Assembly: GCA_964016885.1 (NCBI GenBank)
Contig: OZ024754.1
Coordinates: 41,602,001-41,666,000, forward strand
DNA length: 64,000 nt
Direction: 5' to 3'
DNA from: Eledone cirrhosa
Taxonomy: Eukaryota
Shown piece after piece: positions 14,130-26,302 of the stretch (positions are counted from its first letter, which is position 1; the number at the start of each line of letters is the position of its first letter). The notes beneath the pieces are model-generated. The model was not told the origin of the DNA and did not search any database. It was given only the letters and a program-made list of their open reading frames with translations. The translations under genes and the position numbers were made by a program.

Positions 14130-14561
14130 GAGACAAAAACTTTAAAAGACCACACGTTAAACAAGATATTTATTGGTAAATAAGAGACAACAAACTTTTA
14201 AAAGACCACACGTTAAACAAGATATTTATTGGTAAATAAGAGACAACAAACTTTTAAAAGACCACACGTTAAACAAGATATTTATTGGTAAATAAGAGAC
14301 AACAAACTTTTAAAAGACCACACGTTAAACAAGATATTTATTGGTAAATAAGAGACAACAAACTTTTAAAAGACCACACGTTAAACAAGATATTTATTGG
14401 TAAATAAGAGACAACAAACTTTAAAAGACCCACACGTTAAACAAGATATTTATTGGTAAATAAGAGACAACAAACTTTTAAAAGACCACACGTTAAACAA
14501 GATATTTATTGTTAAATAAGAGACAACAAACTTTTAAAAGACCCACACGTTAAACAAGATA
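14130..14561. repeat. 56-bp tandem repeat, about 7.6 units, immediately upstream of the hemopexin-like gene
   Basis: cacacgttaaacaagata recurs at 14151, 14207, 14263 ... 14544. Confidence 0.95.
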
Positions 14562-14669
14562 ATATTTGATAGAAAGAGAAACTTTCAAAAGAACTATATT
14601 TATATTTTACACTTGTCTAAATATTTATTTGAAAAACTTTGGTGATCGTCCCAACCAAGACAGCTGCTG

Positions 14670-14676
14670 TATATAA
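14670..14676 (+). promoter_or_regulatory. Candidate TATA box of the hemopexin-like gene
   Basis: TATATAA about 60 nt upstream of the ATG at 14736. Confidence 0.45.
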
Positions 14677-14735
14677 TTTAATTTTATTGTGAAATCGTGT
14701 TTTTTGGAGCTACAGTTGGTGTTTTTTTTACAAAC

Positions 14736-14856
14736 ATGAATGGGAAAAGTGACTACAAGGTTGTGTTATTGGCTGTAATTCTTTACTTAATGACCATTCT
14801 GTTAACTCCAAGTAGAGGTGCCGTTATCAGAAAGAAAGTATCACAAGATAAATCAG
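14736..14856 (+). CDS. Secreted hemopexin-domain protein, exon 1 (signal peptide)
   Basis: caaacATG; encodes MNGKSDYKVVLLAVILYLMTILLTPSRGAVIRKKVSQDKS. Donor CAG|gttagt, phase 1. Confidence 0.8.
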
Positions 14857-14947
14857 GTTAGTATATATATATATTCTAAAGACTTTTTTTCCAATTCCAA
14901 AAATAAGATAGATTTAGTCCCCTAAATCTATCTTATTTCTCATTCTT

Positions 14948-14983
14948 TCTTCTGATGAAGGACTAGCGTCCGAAACGTTAAGA
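14948..14983 (+). ncRNA. Minimal type I hammerhead (intron 1, sense strand); degenerate copies 11883-11913 (-) and 42740-42757 (partial)
   Basis: TCTT-CTGATGA-A-GGAC(tagc)GTCC-GAA-ACGT-T-AAGA: 4-bp helix I, 4-bp helix II, palindromic ACGU helix III. Confidence 0.75.
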
Positions 14984-15069
14984 CCCTCTTCTTGCTATAT
15001 CAAGCGTTAACCTAATATATTCCGTCCATATATACTGTACCGATTGTGTTGTTATTTCTGTTTACCTTT

Positions 15070-15116
<47 letters not shown>

Positions 15117-15732
15117 TTTTTTTTGTGTTGTTTCTCAGGTGTAAGAAGTACTAAACACTTCCCCCTAGTCTGGCATGGCTTACTAGCTCTGTTATTTTAA
15201 TAAATATTTGCTCTACGGTTCTTATATATTTGATATAAATTTTCCTTATCGAGCCCTCTTTGGATTTTAGTCTTCAATTTTATTATTATTACTATATATA
15301 TATATATATATATTATATTTATTATATTTATTCATTTATGTTTGTTTGATTAATTTTAACGTCCGTATAGAGCTAGTAAGCCATGCCAGACTAGGGGCAA
15401 GTGTTTAGTACTTCTTACAGCTGAGAAACAAAACAAAAAAAAAGATAAACTGATAAGTGAACATAAAAATAAATTTTAAAATAATTAATTGTTTCTAATT
15501 GAAAGACAAGACCAACAATCTTTTGGGGGAAGAGAAAGTCAATTAAATCTACCCCAGTATATTACTGGTGCTTGTTTTATCGACCTCATAAGATAAGGGT
15601 AGGTTAAGAATCCCACTGCCCTTATTAGATAAGGGTACATTAATTAACAACCCTAAACTGGATCACTGCCCTGATTAAGTAGGGGTAGATTAAGATAAGG
15701 GACAGATTAAGAAGCTCAAACATTTGTAACAA

Positions 15733-15905
15733 TAATTGTTTCTACTTTCGGCACAAGGCCAGCAATTACCCCAGTGTATTACTGGTATTTTATTTTATCG
15801 ACCTCGTAAGGATGAAAGGCAAAGTTAACCTCGGCGGGATTTGAACTCACACCATTAAGGGCCGTAACTCTATGCATCAAAGCATGGCGTCCGACCCTCT
15901 AATGA
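15733..15905 (-). mobile_element. Nin/Deu-like SINE copy (another at 16972-17150)
   Basis: Reverse complement of the 8171 family. Confidence 0.8.
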
Positions 15906-15991
15906 CACCTAATTAGATATAGATTAATTAACTGAAGCATTCATGTGAGGAAATATTACACTGGAACATTTCTGTTGTCTATTAATGTATG

Positions 15992-16286
15992 TCATCATCA
16001 TCATCACCATCATCATCTTCATCATCACCATCTTCATCACCACCATCATCATCTTCATCATCATCATCACCACAATCATCATCACCACCACCATCATCAC
16101 CACAATCATCATCACCACCACCATCATCACCACCACCATCATCACCACAATCATCATCACCACCACCATCATCACCACCACCATCATCACCACCACCATC
16201 ATCACCACCACCATCATCACCACCACCATCACCACCACCATCATCACCACCACCATCATCACCACCATCATCATCATCATCATCAC
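15992..16286. repeat. (CAT/CAC)n trinucleotide repeat
   Basis: Direct inspection. Confidence 0.95.
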
Positions 16287-16708
16287 AGTTTTTGTCGCCG
16301 TCATTATTTAATGTCTATTTTCCATGCTTGCATGAGTTAGGCTGTATGTATGTAAATATGTATTATATACAGTGTGTGTGTGTGTGGGTGTGTGTGGGTG
16401 TGTGTAAGCAAAGAGAAGAGGTGAAAATACCCGAAGGAGTACTCTAAATATCCTCCTTGCTTCTGCTGGACACCACCAGAGGGCAATAGCACCCCGGTGT
16501 TTTTGCATAGCTACGGCTTTCTAAATGTTTATCTATAAACATACCTTGTCTCATTAGAAATACAAAATTCTAATACATATCTGTATACAGCTATGGCTGA
16601 AGCTAAATACTAATTATATATATCAAAGGTATATATTGAGTTAGAAACTCAAAATAGTCTCTTACAATTAAATAGCTAAGATACTTAGAAATAAGGGTTT
16701 ACTAATTT

Positions 16709-16790
16709 GACACCCACTGATGAGCAATAGAATTGCTAATTCGCTTTCACTAAATTGTGAAACAGCATTGCCAAAAACTGTCTGGATGTT
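16709..16790 (+). ncRNA. Type I hammerhead ribozyme with full helix III (intron 1, sense strand)
   Basis: GACACCCA-CTGATGA-GCAAT...ATTGT-GAA-ACAG(12-nt loop)CTGT-C-TGGATGTT. GUC cleavage triplet ends at 16782. Confidence 0.75.
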
Positions 16791-17490
16791 TGATAGTTGT
16801 TACAATTTTGGTTTGTATTTTTTCTTAATTTATTCTTTTAAATTGAGTCTGGCAAACCTGATAATTCATAGTTAGTATTTTTTTTCACCCTAGCGAATCT
16901 GGTCCCTTACGATTTGAACACATATATGTATATCTGTGTTTATCTCTCTTTTATATTCAATTTTATATATATACTTTTGGCACAAGGCCAGCAATTGCCC
17001 AGTGTATTACTGGTACTTTATTTTATCGACGCCGTAAGGATGAAAGGCAAAGTTAACCTCGGCGGGATTTGAACTCAGAATGGCAAGGGCCGTAACTCTA
17101 TGCTGGAAAGCATGGCGTCCGACCCTCTACCGATACTGTCAATTTGTCCGTTTACAATTGTTTCGCTACTCCATATAATATTTCTGGATCAGATGACTAT
17201 ATATCATAATTGATCTGGTTCAGTTGAAAATAATTAACATATTTAAAAGACAGAGCGGCATATATAAATATATACTGTTTTACCTGCTCCAGTCATCTGA
17301 CTGAGGCCATGCTGGGGCACCGCCCATGACATATATATAAGGAAAATGATTTTTAAAACAGGTTTGATAAGTACACTTGGTATATATATAAAAAGGATCT
17401 GATAACATTAACAAAAATTGATGTTAAAAAAATATATGCATGCGTGTGTGTGTTTGTGTGTGTCTTAGCTCAGTATGTAACTTTGGTTCC

Positions 17491-17528
<38 letters not shown>

Positions 17529-17563
17529 ACATTATATATATATTATTTTATATTGTTTTGCAG

Positions 17564-17617
17564 TAAAATCAAATATGGCATTCTGTAAATATACACGCTT
17601 CACTGCTGCATTTCTTG
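17564..17617 (+). CDS. Hemopexin-domain protein, exon 2
   Basis: ttttgcag| ... |gtaagt, phase 1/1. Encodes VKSNMAFCKYTRFTAAFLG (first Cys and an F-x-AA blade motif). Confidence 0.8.
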
Positions 17618-17651
17618 GTAAGTACCCTTCATAAAGTTTTATATATATATA

Positions 17652-17890
17652 TCATCATCATCATCATCATTTTATGTCCGCTTTTCCCTGCTTGCAAGGG
17701 TGGGACGGGTCCTATTCAGAACAGCATCTCTCTACTTGTCACAGTCCTTCATCATCTACTCTCACCACCTCCGTCCACGTCTTCCTTCAACTCTACCACG
17801 TTTTCCTTCAACTGGCATTTCCTGGCACTTCTTCACCCATCGGTCATCCTCCATGCGCATCACATGTCCACACCACCTCAGTCTCCTATA
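17652..17890 (-). mobile_element. RTE LINE 3' end with (GAT)n tail
   Basis: Minus strand LRWCGHVMRMEDDR..GRGRRW followed by a (gat)n tail. Confidence 0.65.
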
Positions 17891-17924
17891 TGTGTGTGTC
17901 AACTCTTATGGTTAATAAAGAAAG

Positions 17925-17926
<2 letters not shown>

Positions 17927-17955
<29 letters not shown>

Positions 17956-18330
17956 GGAGTCTCAGTCATTGATGTTATTTAACTGGACAGTTTGTTGAAC
18001 TGAATATCAAGCCGCTACCTGCAGCCTCAGATATTCAGGACGTATCGGAGGGTTCTTGCTGTTCCCAGCAAGCATGCTTTTTGAAATGTTCCAAAAAGTG
18101 GGGCTGGACTAATCTTCTCTAACCATCCTTGGAAACTCTTTGAGATAGTACCTAGTGCTCCTATAACAATCGGGACCACTTTGATTTCAGGGCAGTTCCA
18201 AATCCTTTTTACCTCCCACTTTAAGTTCTGGTATCGGTTAATTTTCTCCCTCTCCTTTTCTTGCACTCTCGTGTCAAATGGGCAGGCTACATCTACAATC
18301 AGGCACGATCTTTTTTCCTTGTCCTGCACT
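17927..18330 (-). mobile_element. 5'-truncated R4/Dong-like non-LTR element (restriction-like endonuclease C-terminus) with (TAA)n tail
   Basis: ORF 18027-18329: CLIVDVACPFD..EKINRYQNLKWEVKRIW..VVPIVIGALG..QKACLLGTARTLR. Confidence 0.85.
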
Positions 18331-18403
18331 GTCCTTAATGTCTACTTTATGTAAACCCTTGTGGTTAATAAAGAAATCATTATTATTACTATTATTATTT
18401 CAG

Positions 18404-18562
18404 GTCCAGACTATGCTCAGTACTTCTTTTTAACGAAAATATCTGTAGTAAACGGTTCTGTAATAAAAGAATATTCCAGAAATGATATATTTCCAAGTTG
18501 TCCATATTATGCTGATGCCGTCGTTTATTCTAAATACACAAAGAAAACATACATATTTAAAG
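18404..18562 (+). CDS. Hemopexin-domain protein, exon 3
   Basis: tttcag| ... AAG|gtaaga, phase 1/1. Encodes GPDYAQYFF...IFPSCPYYADAVVYSKYTKKTYIFKG (DA..TYIFKG hemopexin motif). Confidence 0.88.
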
Positions 18563-19046
18563 GTAAGATTAATTATAATTTTGATTAAATTCTTTAAGAT
18601 ATATTTAAAAGTAAGACTTCACTTGTAATTTTGATTAAACTTTTGTATTTGTTTTGCGAAATTCCTTATCTGAAAACGTGTGTTGGATCAGATATTGTTA
18701 TACTTTGGGAGGGTCATGTTGCCAATAGAAACACATGCACCTGTTGGTTTTCACTTCAATTTATTACAAATTATTGAACCAACCAACTGGAAATTCTGAA
18801 CTGCCTCTGTCTACCAACACTGTATGACAAGGCTGATCCTTTGAATTACAGATGTAGTTTATCTGACAGACTTCTGAACTGCCTCTGTCTACCAACAGTC
18901 TCAGTCACAAGACTTAGTGAGGATCCATTATCACAACTAATGATGATTCCCTCACGGTTTCTTTTGGAATTTGAATAAAAAAAACAGCACAAAGTCTAAC
19001 TTCACTAAAATACATTTTTAAAATAAAATCTCCATTTTTCTTACAG

Positions 19047-19183
19047 GACACGAAGTGTTTATTTATTATTACAACATCAGCAATAAAACATTCGAATACT
19101 TAGGCAGCAAAGTATTTGGCAGAGGTTTTCCCAACATTCCAGAGTCCGCTTTTATTTATAATGACAATATATATCTTTTAAAA
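19047..19183 (+). CDS. Hemopexin-domain protein, exon 4
   Basis: ttcttacag| ... AAA|gtaagt, phase 1/0. Encodes HEVFIYYYNISNKTFEYLGSKVFGRGFPNIPESAFIYNDNIYLLK. Confidence 0.88.
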
Positions 19184-19221
19184 GTAAGTATATATTTTCT
19201 GTATCTCATTCACTTGATTTT

Positions 19222-20666
19222 AGTGAGGGTTTAGCCACCTGCAGTGAGGGTTTAGCCACCTGCAGTGAGGGTTTAGCCATCTACAGTGAGGGTTTAGCCA
19301 CCTGCAGTGAGGGTTTAGCCATCTACAGTGAGGGTTTAGCCATCTACAGTGAGGGTTTAGCCACCTGCAGTGAGGGTTTAGCCATCAACAGTGAGGGTTT
19401 AGCCATCTACAGTGAGGGTTTAGCCATCTACAGTGAGGGTTTAGCCATCTACAGTGAGGGTTTAGCCATCTACAGTGAGGGTTTAGCCACCTGCAGTGAG
19501 GGTTTAGCCACCTGCAGTGAGGGTTTAGCCATCTAGAGTGAGGGTTTAGCCATCTAGAGTGAAGGTTTAGCCATCTGTAGTGAGGGTTTAGCCACCTGCA
19601 GTGAGGGTTTAGCCACCTGCAGTGAGGGTTTAGCCATCTACAGTGAGGGTTTAGCCATCTACAGTGAGGGTTTAGCCACCTGCAGTGAGGGTTTAGCCAT
19701 CTACAGTGAGGGTTTAGCCATCTACAGTGAGGGTTTAGCCACCTGCAGTGAGGGTTTAGCCATCTGTAGTGAGGGTTTAGCCACCTGCAGTGAGGGTTTA
19801 GCCATCTAGAGTGAGGGTTTAGTCATCAACAGTGAGGGATTAACAATCTACAGTGAGTGATTAGCCATCAACAGTGAGGGTTTAGTCATCAACAGTGAGG
19901 GTTCAGCCATCAACAGTGAGGGTTTAGCCATCAACAGTGAGGGTTTAGCCATCTAGAGTGAGGGTTTAGCCACCTGCAGTGAGGGTTTAGCCATCTAGAG
20001 TGAGGGTTTAGTCATCAACAGTGAGGGATTAACAATCTACAGTGAGTGATTAGCCATCAACAGTGAGGGTTTAGTCATCAACAGTGAGGGTTTAGCCATC
20101 AACAGTGAGGGTTTAGCCATCAACAGTGAGGGTTTAGCCATCTAGAGTGAGGGTTTAGTCATCAACAGTGAGGGATTAACAATCTACAGTGAGTGATTAG
20201 CCATCAACAGTGAGGGTTTAGTCATCAACAGTGAGGGTTTAGCCATCAACAGTGAGGGTTTAGCCATCAACAGTGAGGGTTTAGCCATCAACAGTGAGGG
20301 TTTAGTCATCAACAGTGAGGGATTAACAATCTACAGTGAGGGTTTAGCCATCTAGAGTGAGGGTTTAGTCATCAACAGTGAGGGATTAACAATCTACAGT
20401 GAGTGATTATCCATCAACAGTGAGGGTTTAGCCATCAACAGTGAGGGATTAACAATCTACAGTGAGGGTTTAGCCATCAATAGTGAGGGTTTAGCCATCA
20501 ACAGTGAGTGATTAGCCATCAACAGTGAGGGTTTAGCCATCAACAGTGAGGGTTTAGCCATCAACAGTGAGTGATTAGCCATCAACAGTGAGGGTTTAGC
20601 CATCTAAAGTGAGGGATTAGCAATCTAGATGAGTGATTAACCATCAACAGTGAGGGTTTAACCATC
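19222..20666. repeat. 21-bp intronic minisatellite (agtgagggtttagccatctac variants), about 69 units
   Basis: Direct inspection. It fills most of intron 4. Confidence 0.95.
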
Positions 20667-20739
20667 TTTTATTTTTGTTCTTCGTTTTTTTTTTATTCAT
20701 TTGTAAATAACTTCTAAAAATAACTCTTTAAATTTTCAG

Positions 20740-20909
20740 GAGAATTATTTATATCTTTGGAGTGAAGATTCAAACAGCCTTGTTACAGACCGTGTTTTTC
20801 CAATATCAGTATTATGGAAAGACATTCCTACTAAAATAGAAGCAGTTTTTGAAACCAGAAATAGCAGCTCCCTATTTTTTTGGACAAGGGATATACGTGA
20901 CAACATGAT
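20740..20909 (+). CDS. Hemopexin-domain protein, exon 5
   Basis: ttttcag| ... AT|gtaagt, phase 0/2. Encodes ENYLYLWSEDSNSLVTDRVFPISVLWKDIPTKIEAVFETRNSSSLFFWTRDIRDNM (I..W.DIP..I.AV motif). Confidence 0.88.
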
Positions 20910-21388
20910 GTAAGTTTTAAAAATCCACATTTCTATATTTTTTTATATTTAACAACTTTTCCATTTTTTTTCATTTTTTTTTTTTGTGTGTGTGCCCCAA
21001 AGTTTGAAATCATCACAGACCCTACATCACCTACCCACCGCTCCTTCCATCACCACCATCACCACCACCATCACCACCACTATCACCACCACCATCACCA
21101 CCACCATCACCACCACTATCACCACCACCATCACCACCATCACCACCACCAATAGTATCATCATCACCACCACCATCACCATCACCACCATCGCCATCAC
21201 CACCAACAACAGTATCATCATCACCATCACCATCATCATCATCATCATCATCACCAACATCATCAGTTTTACTCGCCCCTAATTTTTATGATTTTAGACA
21301 ACTTTTCATGGCTTAATTTTTTTTTTTTTAAGAGTTGATCTTAGGTTTACTCTATCAGGGCTAACCTGAGGATAACCATTATCATCAC

Positions 21389-21421
<33 letters not shown>

Positions 21422-21573
21422 TTAACGTCCGTTTCCTGCTAACCTGGGGATAACCACCAACAAATAACAATAAAAAAAAAAACATAACAGCTAGAAAAAA
21501 AGACACATTAGATAATATAGTTTTAGATAGACACCTTTGATCTTAGTTTTGCTGGATCAGAACTGAGCTGGGC

Positions 21574-21803
21574 TTAACACTTTAGCATTTAAACCAGCCA
21601 TATCCAGCCAGAATTCTCTCACCGCTTTCTATTCAAAACCGGCTGTAATTTGCTACTCATACTGATATTAAGTTATTGTTCCCAAAATAAATAATATCAA
21701 AATCTCGTGGATGCGATATTATGTGAGATATTTATGTGAGGTAAAGCCTTTCCTGCGAAAATACAATAGTATATATAGAGTAATATAAATGCTAAAGAGT
21801 TAA
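21574..21803. mobile_element. piggyBac-type MITE (TTAA TSD); other copies 26427-26682 and 27621-27843
   Basis: TTAA-CACTTTAGCATTTA...TAAATGCTAAAGAG-TTAA. Other copies show TTAA-CCCTTTAGCATT and AATGCTAAAGGG-TTAA ends. Confidence 0.7.
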
Positions 21804-21895
21804 ACAAGAACAATAAAAAATATTTGAATTTACAAATGAAAAATTATTGAAATGATTTTAAATGTTTATTTAATTTTCTTAATTTCTTTTTCCAG

Positions 21896-21971
21896 ATATA
21901 ATCAATTGGATACCAACAAAGGTAAAATCATCAAATCAGGCCCCTTCAAGACATTCTTTGGATTTTGTTAA
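21896..21971 (+). CDS. Hemopexin-domain protein, exon 6 (terminal)
   Basis: tttttccag|, phase 2. Encodes IYNQLDTNKGKIIKSGPFKTFFGFC*, ending in the terminal Cys typical of hemopexin domains. Total CDS is 717 nt. Confidence 0.85.
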
Positions 21972-22703
21972 TCCAACTGACATTTTTTGATATAAATAAC
22001 ACTATTATACTTGTGTCTGGGAACTAAAACTTTCCATAAAAAAAACAAATAATATATACACATATATATATATATATATAGGTGTGTTTATATATATATA
22101 TATATATATATACCATTCTTGAGATTATTTTCAGAAGTTCTATAGACTTCTTTTCCTGCTGTATAACTTTGATAGGTTTCAGCCAGTATTGGCCCAGGGT
22201 ATGTCTAACTTAATAGCACCGCCTGGCGAAGTCTTTCAAATCAGGATTTGGACACCACACAATGAAATAAATAAATGTATCTGTTATTTTATTGTGTGGG
22301 TGAATGCATGTGTTTTGGGGGTTGTGTTATAAGTTAAATATCATCAACATAACACCATATTTTGGAAAGCAAAACCTTTGAGCCTGATCAACAATGGTAA
22401 AAAAAGAGTACTTTTTTCCTAAAATAATTCTCAAAAATCTATCATGCGTCCTGGAGGCCGAAGGTTGTGTATTATTTTTTTTTCCTATTTTTGGATGTCA
22501 AAATTAGGGTGCGTCGCGAGGACGAAACGTCTTTGGTGCTGGGAAATACAGTATTCGGTTATGTCCTTCGCAATATTTCTTCCCTGTTAGACAAAGATAT
22601 ATGGTAAAGTTTGTCAAAAATAATTATTTATTAACTGAGATATTATATGGGTATGGATTAACTCATGCTAGCGTGAAAGAACGGACATAAAATGGTGATG
22701 ATC

Positions 22704-22735
<32 letters not shown>

Positions 22736-22972
22736 AGAACATTTTATTTTTATTGTTTTTTGTTTTATATTTTTTCAAATCCTTTAAAATCCGACACTTT
22801 CATATTTGCATGTTTTTTCGGGGTTTTTTTAATATATATATATAAAACTAATGTATAATAGTTTGTTGTTTGGTATAAAAGAAAATGAAATACAAATGTG
22901 ATAGTATACAATGTATCATCATCATCATTTAACGTCTATCTTCCACGCTAGCATGGATTGTATGTATGTGTT

Positions 22973-23007
<35 letters not shown>

Positions 23008-23854
23008 ATATAAATATATGGGTCGGGTATATACACACCTACATGGATTCATAAATAGATGCATGCATATGTATGTGTGAGATTATATATTTTTTTATAT
23101 ATCTCCACATATATATGTCCATATATGCTATATATGTCCATATATGCTATAAATGTCCATATATATATGTCCATATATGCTATATATGTCCATATATATA
23201 TATATGTCTATATATATATATGGACATATATATATGTCCATATATGCTATATATATATATATGTCCATATATATGCTCAAGGGTGATGTGGTGTTTCCTT
23301 GAGCAAGACACTTTATTTCACATTGCTACAGTTTACTCAGCTGTAGAAATGAGATGATAGGGACTGGGGTCCCTATCATTCCACTGTAGGCGCCACGGAA
23401 AAAAAAAAGCACCCACCACTCACTGTAAATGAGGTTGGTGTTAGGAAGGGCATCCAACTGTAGAAATCAAGCCAGAATCAGTTCCCATCCCACCCTTGCA
23501 AGCAGGGAAAAGCTGATGTAAAATAAAAAAAAATTTAAAAAATTCTATATATATATGCTATATATATATATATATCTAGTAATGGCTGTTCAAATGGTAC
23601 AAACAAACCTGATATTATATATATTATATATTTATCATATGTATCTAAAAATATCAAATATTTCTGTATTGACTGTGGTATTTCCGGACTATTTATCACT
23701 CTGTATTTATTTATCAATGTCTCATCTCTCTCATCTATCAAAATATTTATTTACTGATATTAATTTTAAAATATCGTTCTGTTTTTATAAATTTGTATGT
23801 CTAATGGAGAGCCTGTATCTCAATATATCTCAACTGCTTTTATATGTGATTCCA

Positions 23855-25760
<1,906 letters not shown>

Positions 25761-26115
25761 GATAGATGTATATACTTATACACACACACCCACACACCTG
25801 AGTGTATATATATATATATACAAACACACTCACATACATATTTTATACACATGTATGTATATATACACAATTTCTTTTTTTATTTTTGTTAACCGTCCTA
25901 TGCTGTCCGACATAATGTTCCGTCCACAGCTGCTATTTTTGGTCCGTTTGGACGGTTTTTGTAAGACTCCAGACAAGAGATGGTTCCTAACATCTTATGG
26001 GTTTATTCATTATTTTCGTTTTTATTTTTATTTACTGAGAAAAAGATGGATTTTTTTTCTTTTCTCTTCCTGTTTATTATAGTAATCTATTTTTTTTTTT
26101 AAACTACTTTCATTA

Positions 26116-26302
26116 TTGGTGGATTGGCAGTATCGGTAGAGGGTCGGACGCCATGCTTTCCAGCATAGTTACGTCCCTTTACGATCTGAGTTCAAATCCC
26201 GCCGAGGTTGACTTTGCCTTTCATCCTTACGGGGTCGATAAAATAAAGTACCAGTAATGCACTGGGTAATTGCTGGCCTTGTGCCTAAAGTAGAAACAAT
26301 TA
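26116..26302 (+). mobile_element. Nin/Deu-like SINE copy
   Basis: Matches the 8171 family. Confidence 0.85.

Noticed and set aside
19222-20666. 21-bp array as a coding repeat (SEGLATC/SEGLAIN) or as telomeric DNA (AGGGTTTAG)
   Set aside because: In-frame TAG codons interrupt it, it lies between well-defined splice sites, and there is only one telomere-like motif per unit.
22500-22555. gtcgcgaggacgaaacgtc as a hammerhead
   Set aside because: There is no CUGANGA core. The sequence matches the end of a pogo/Tigger-like MITE (..aaatac.gTA) also seen at 56400-56455.
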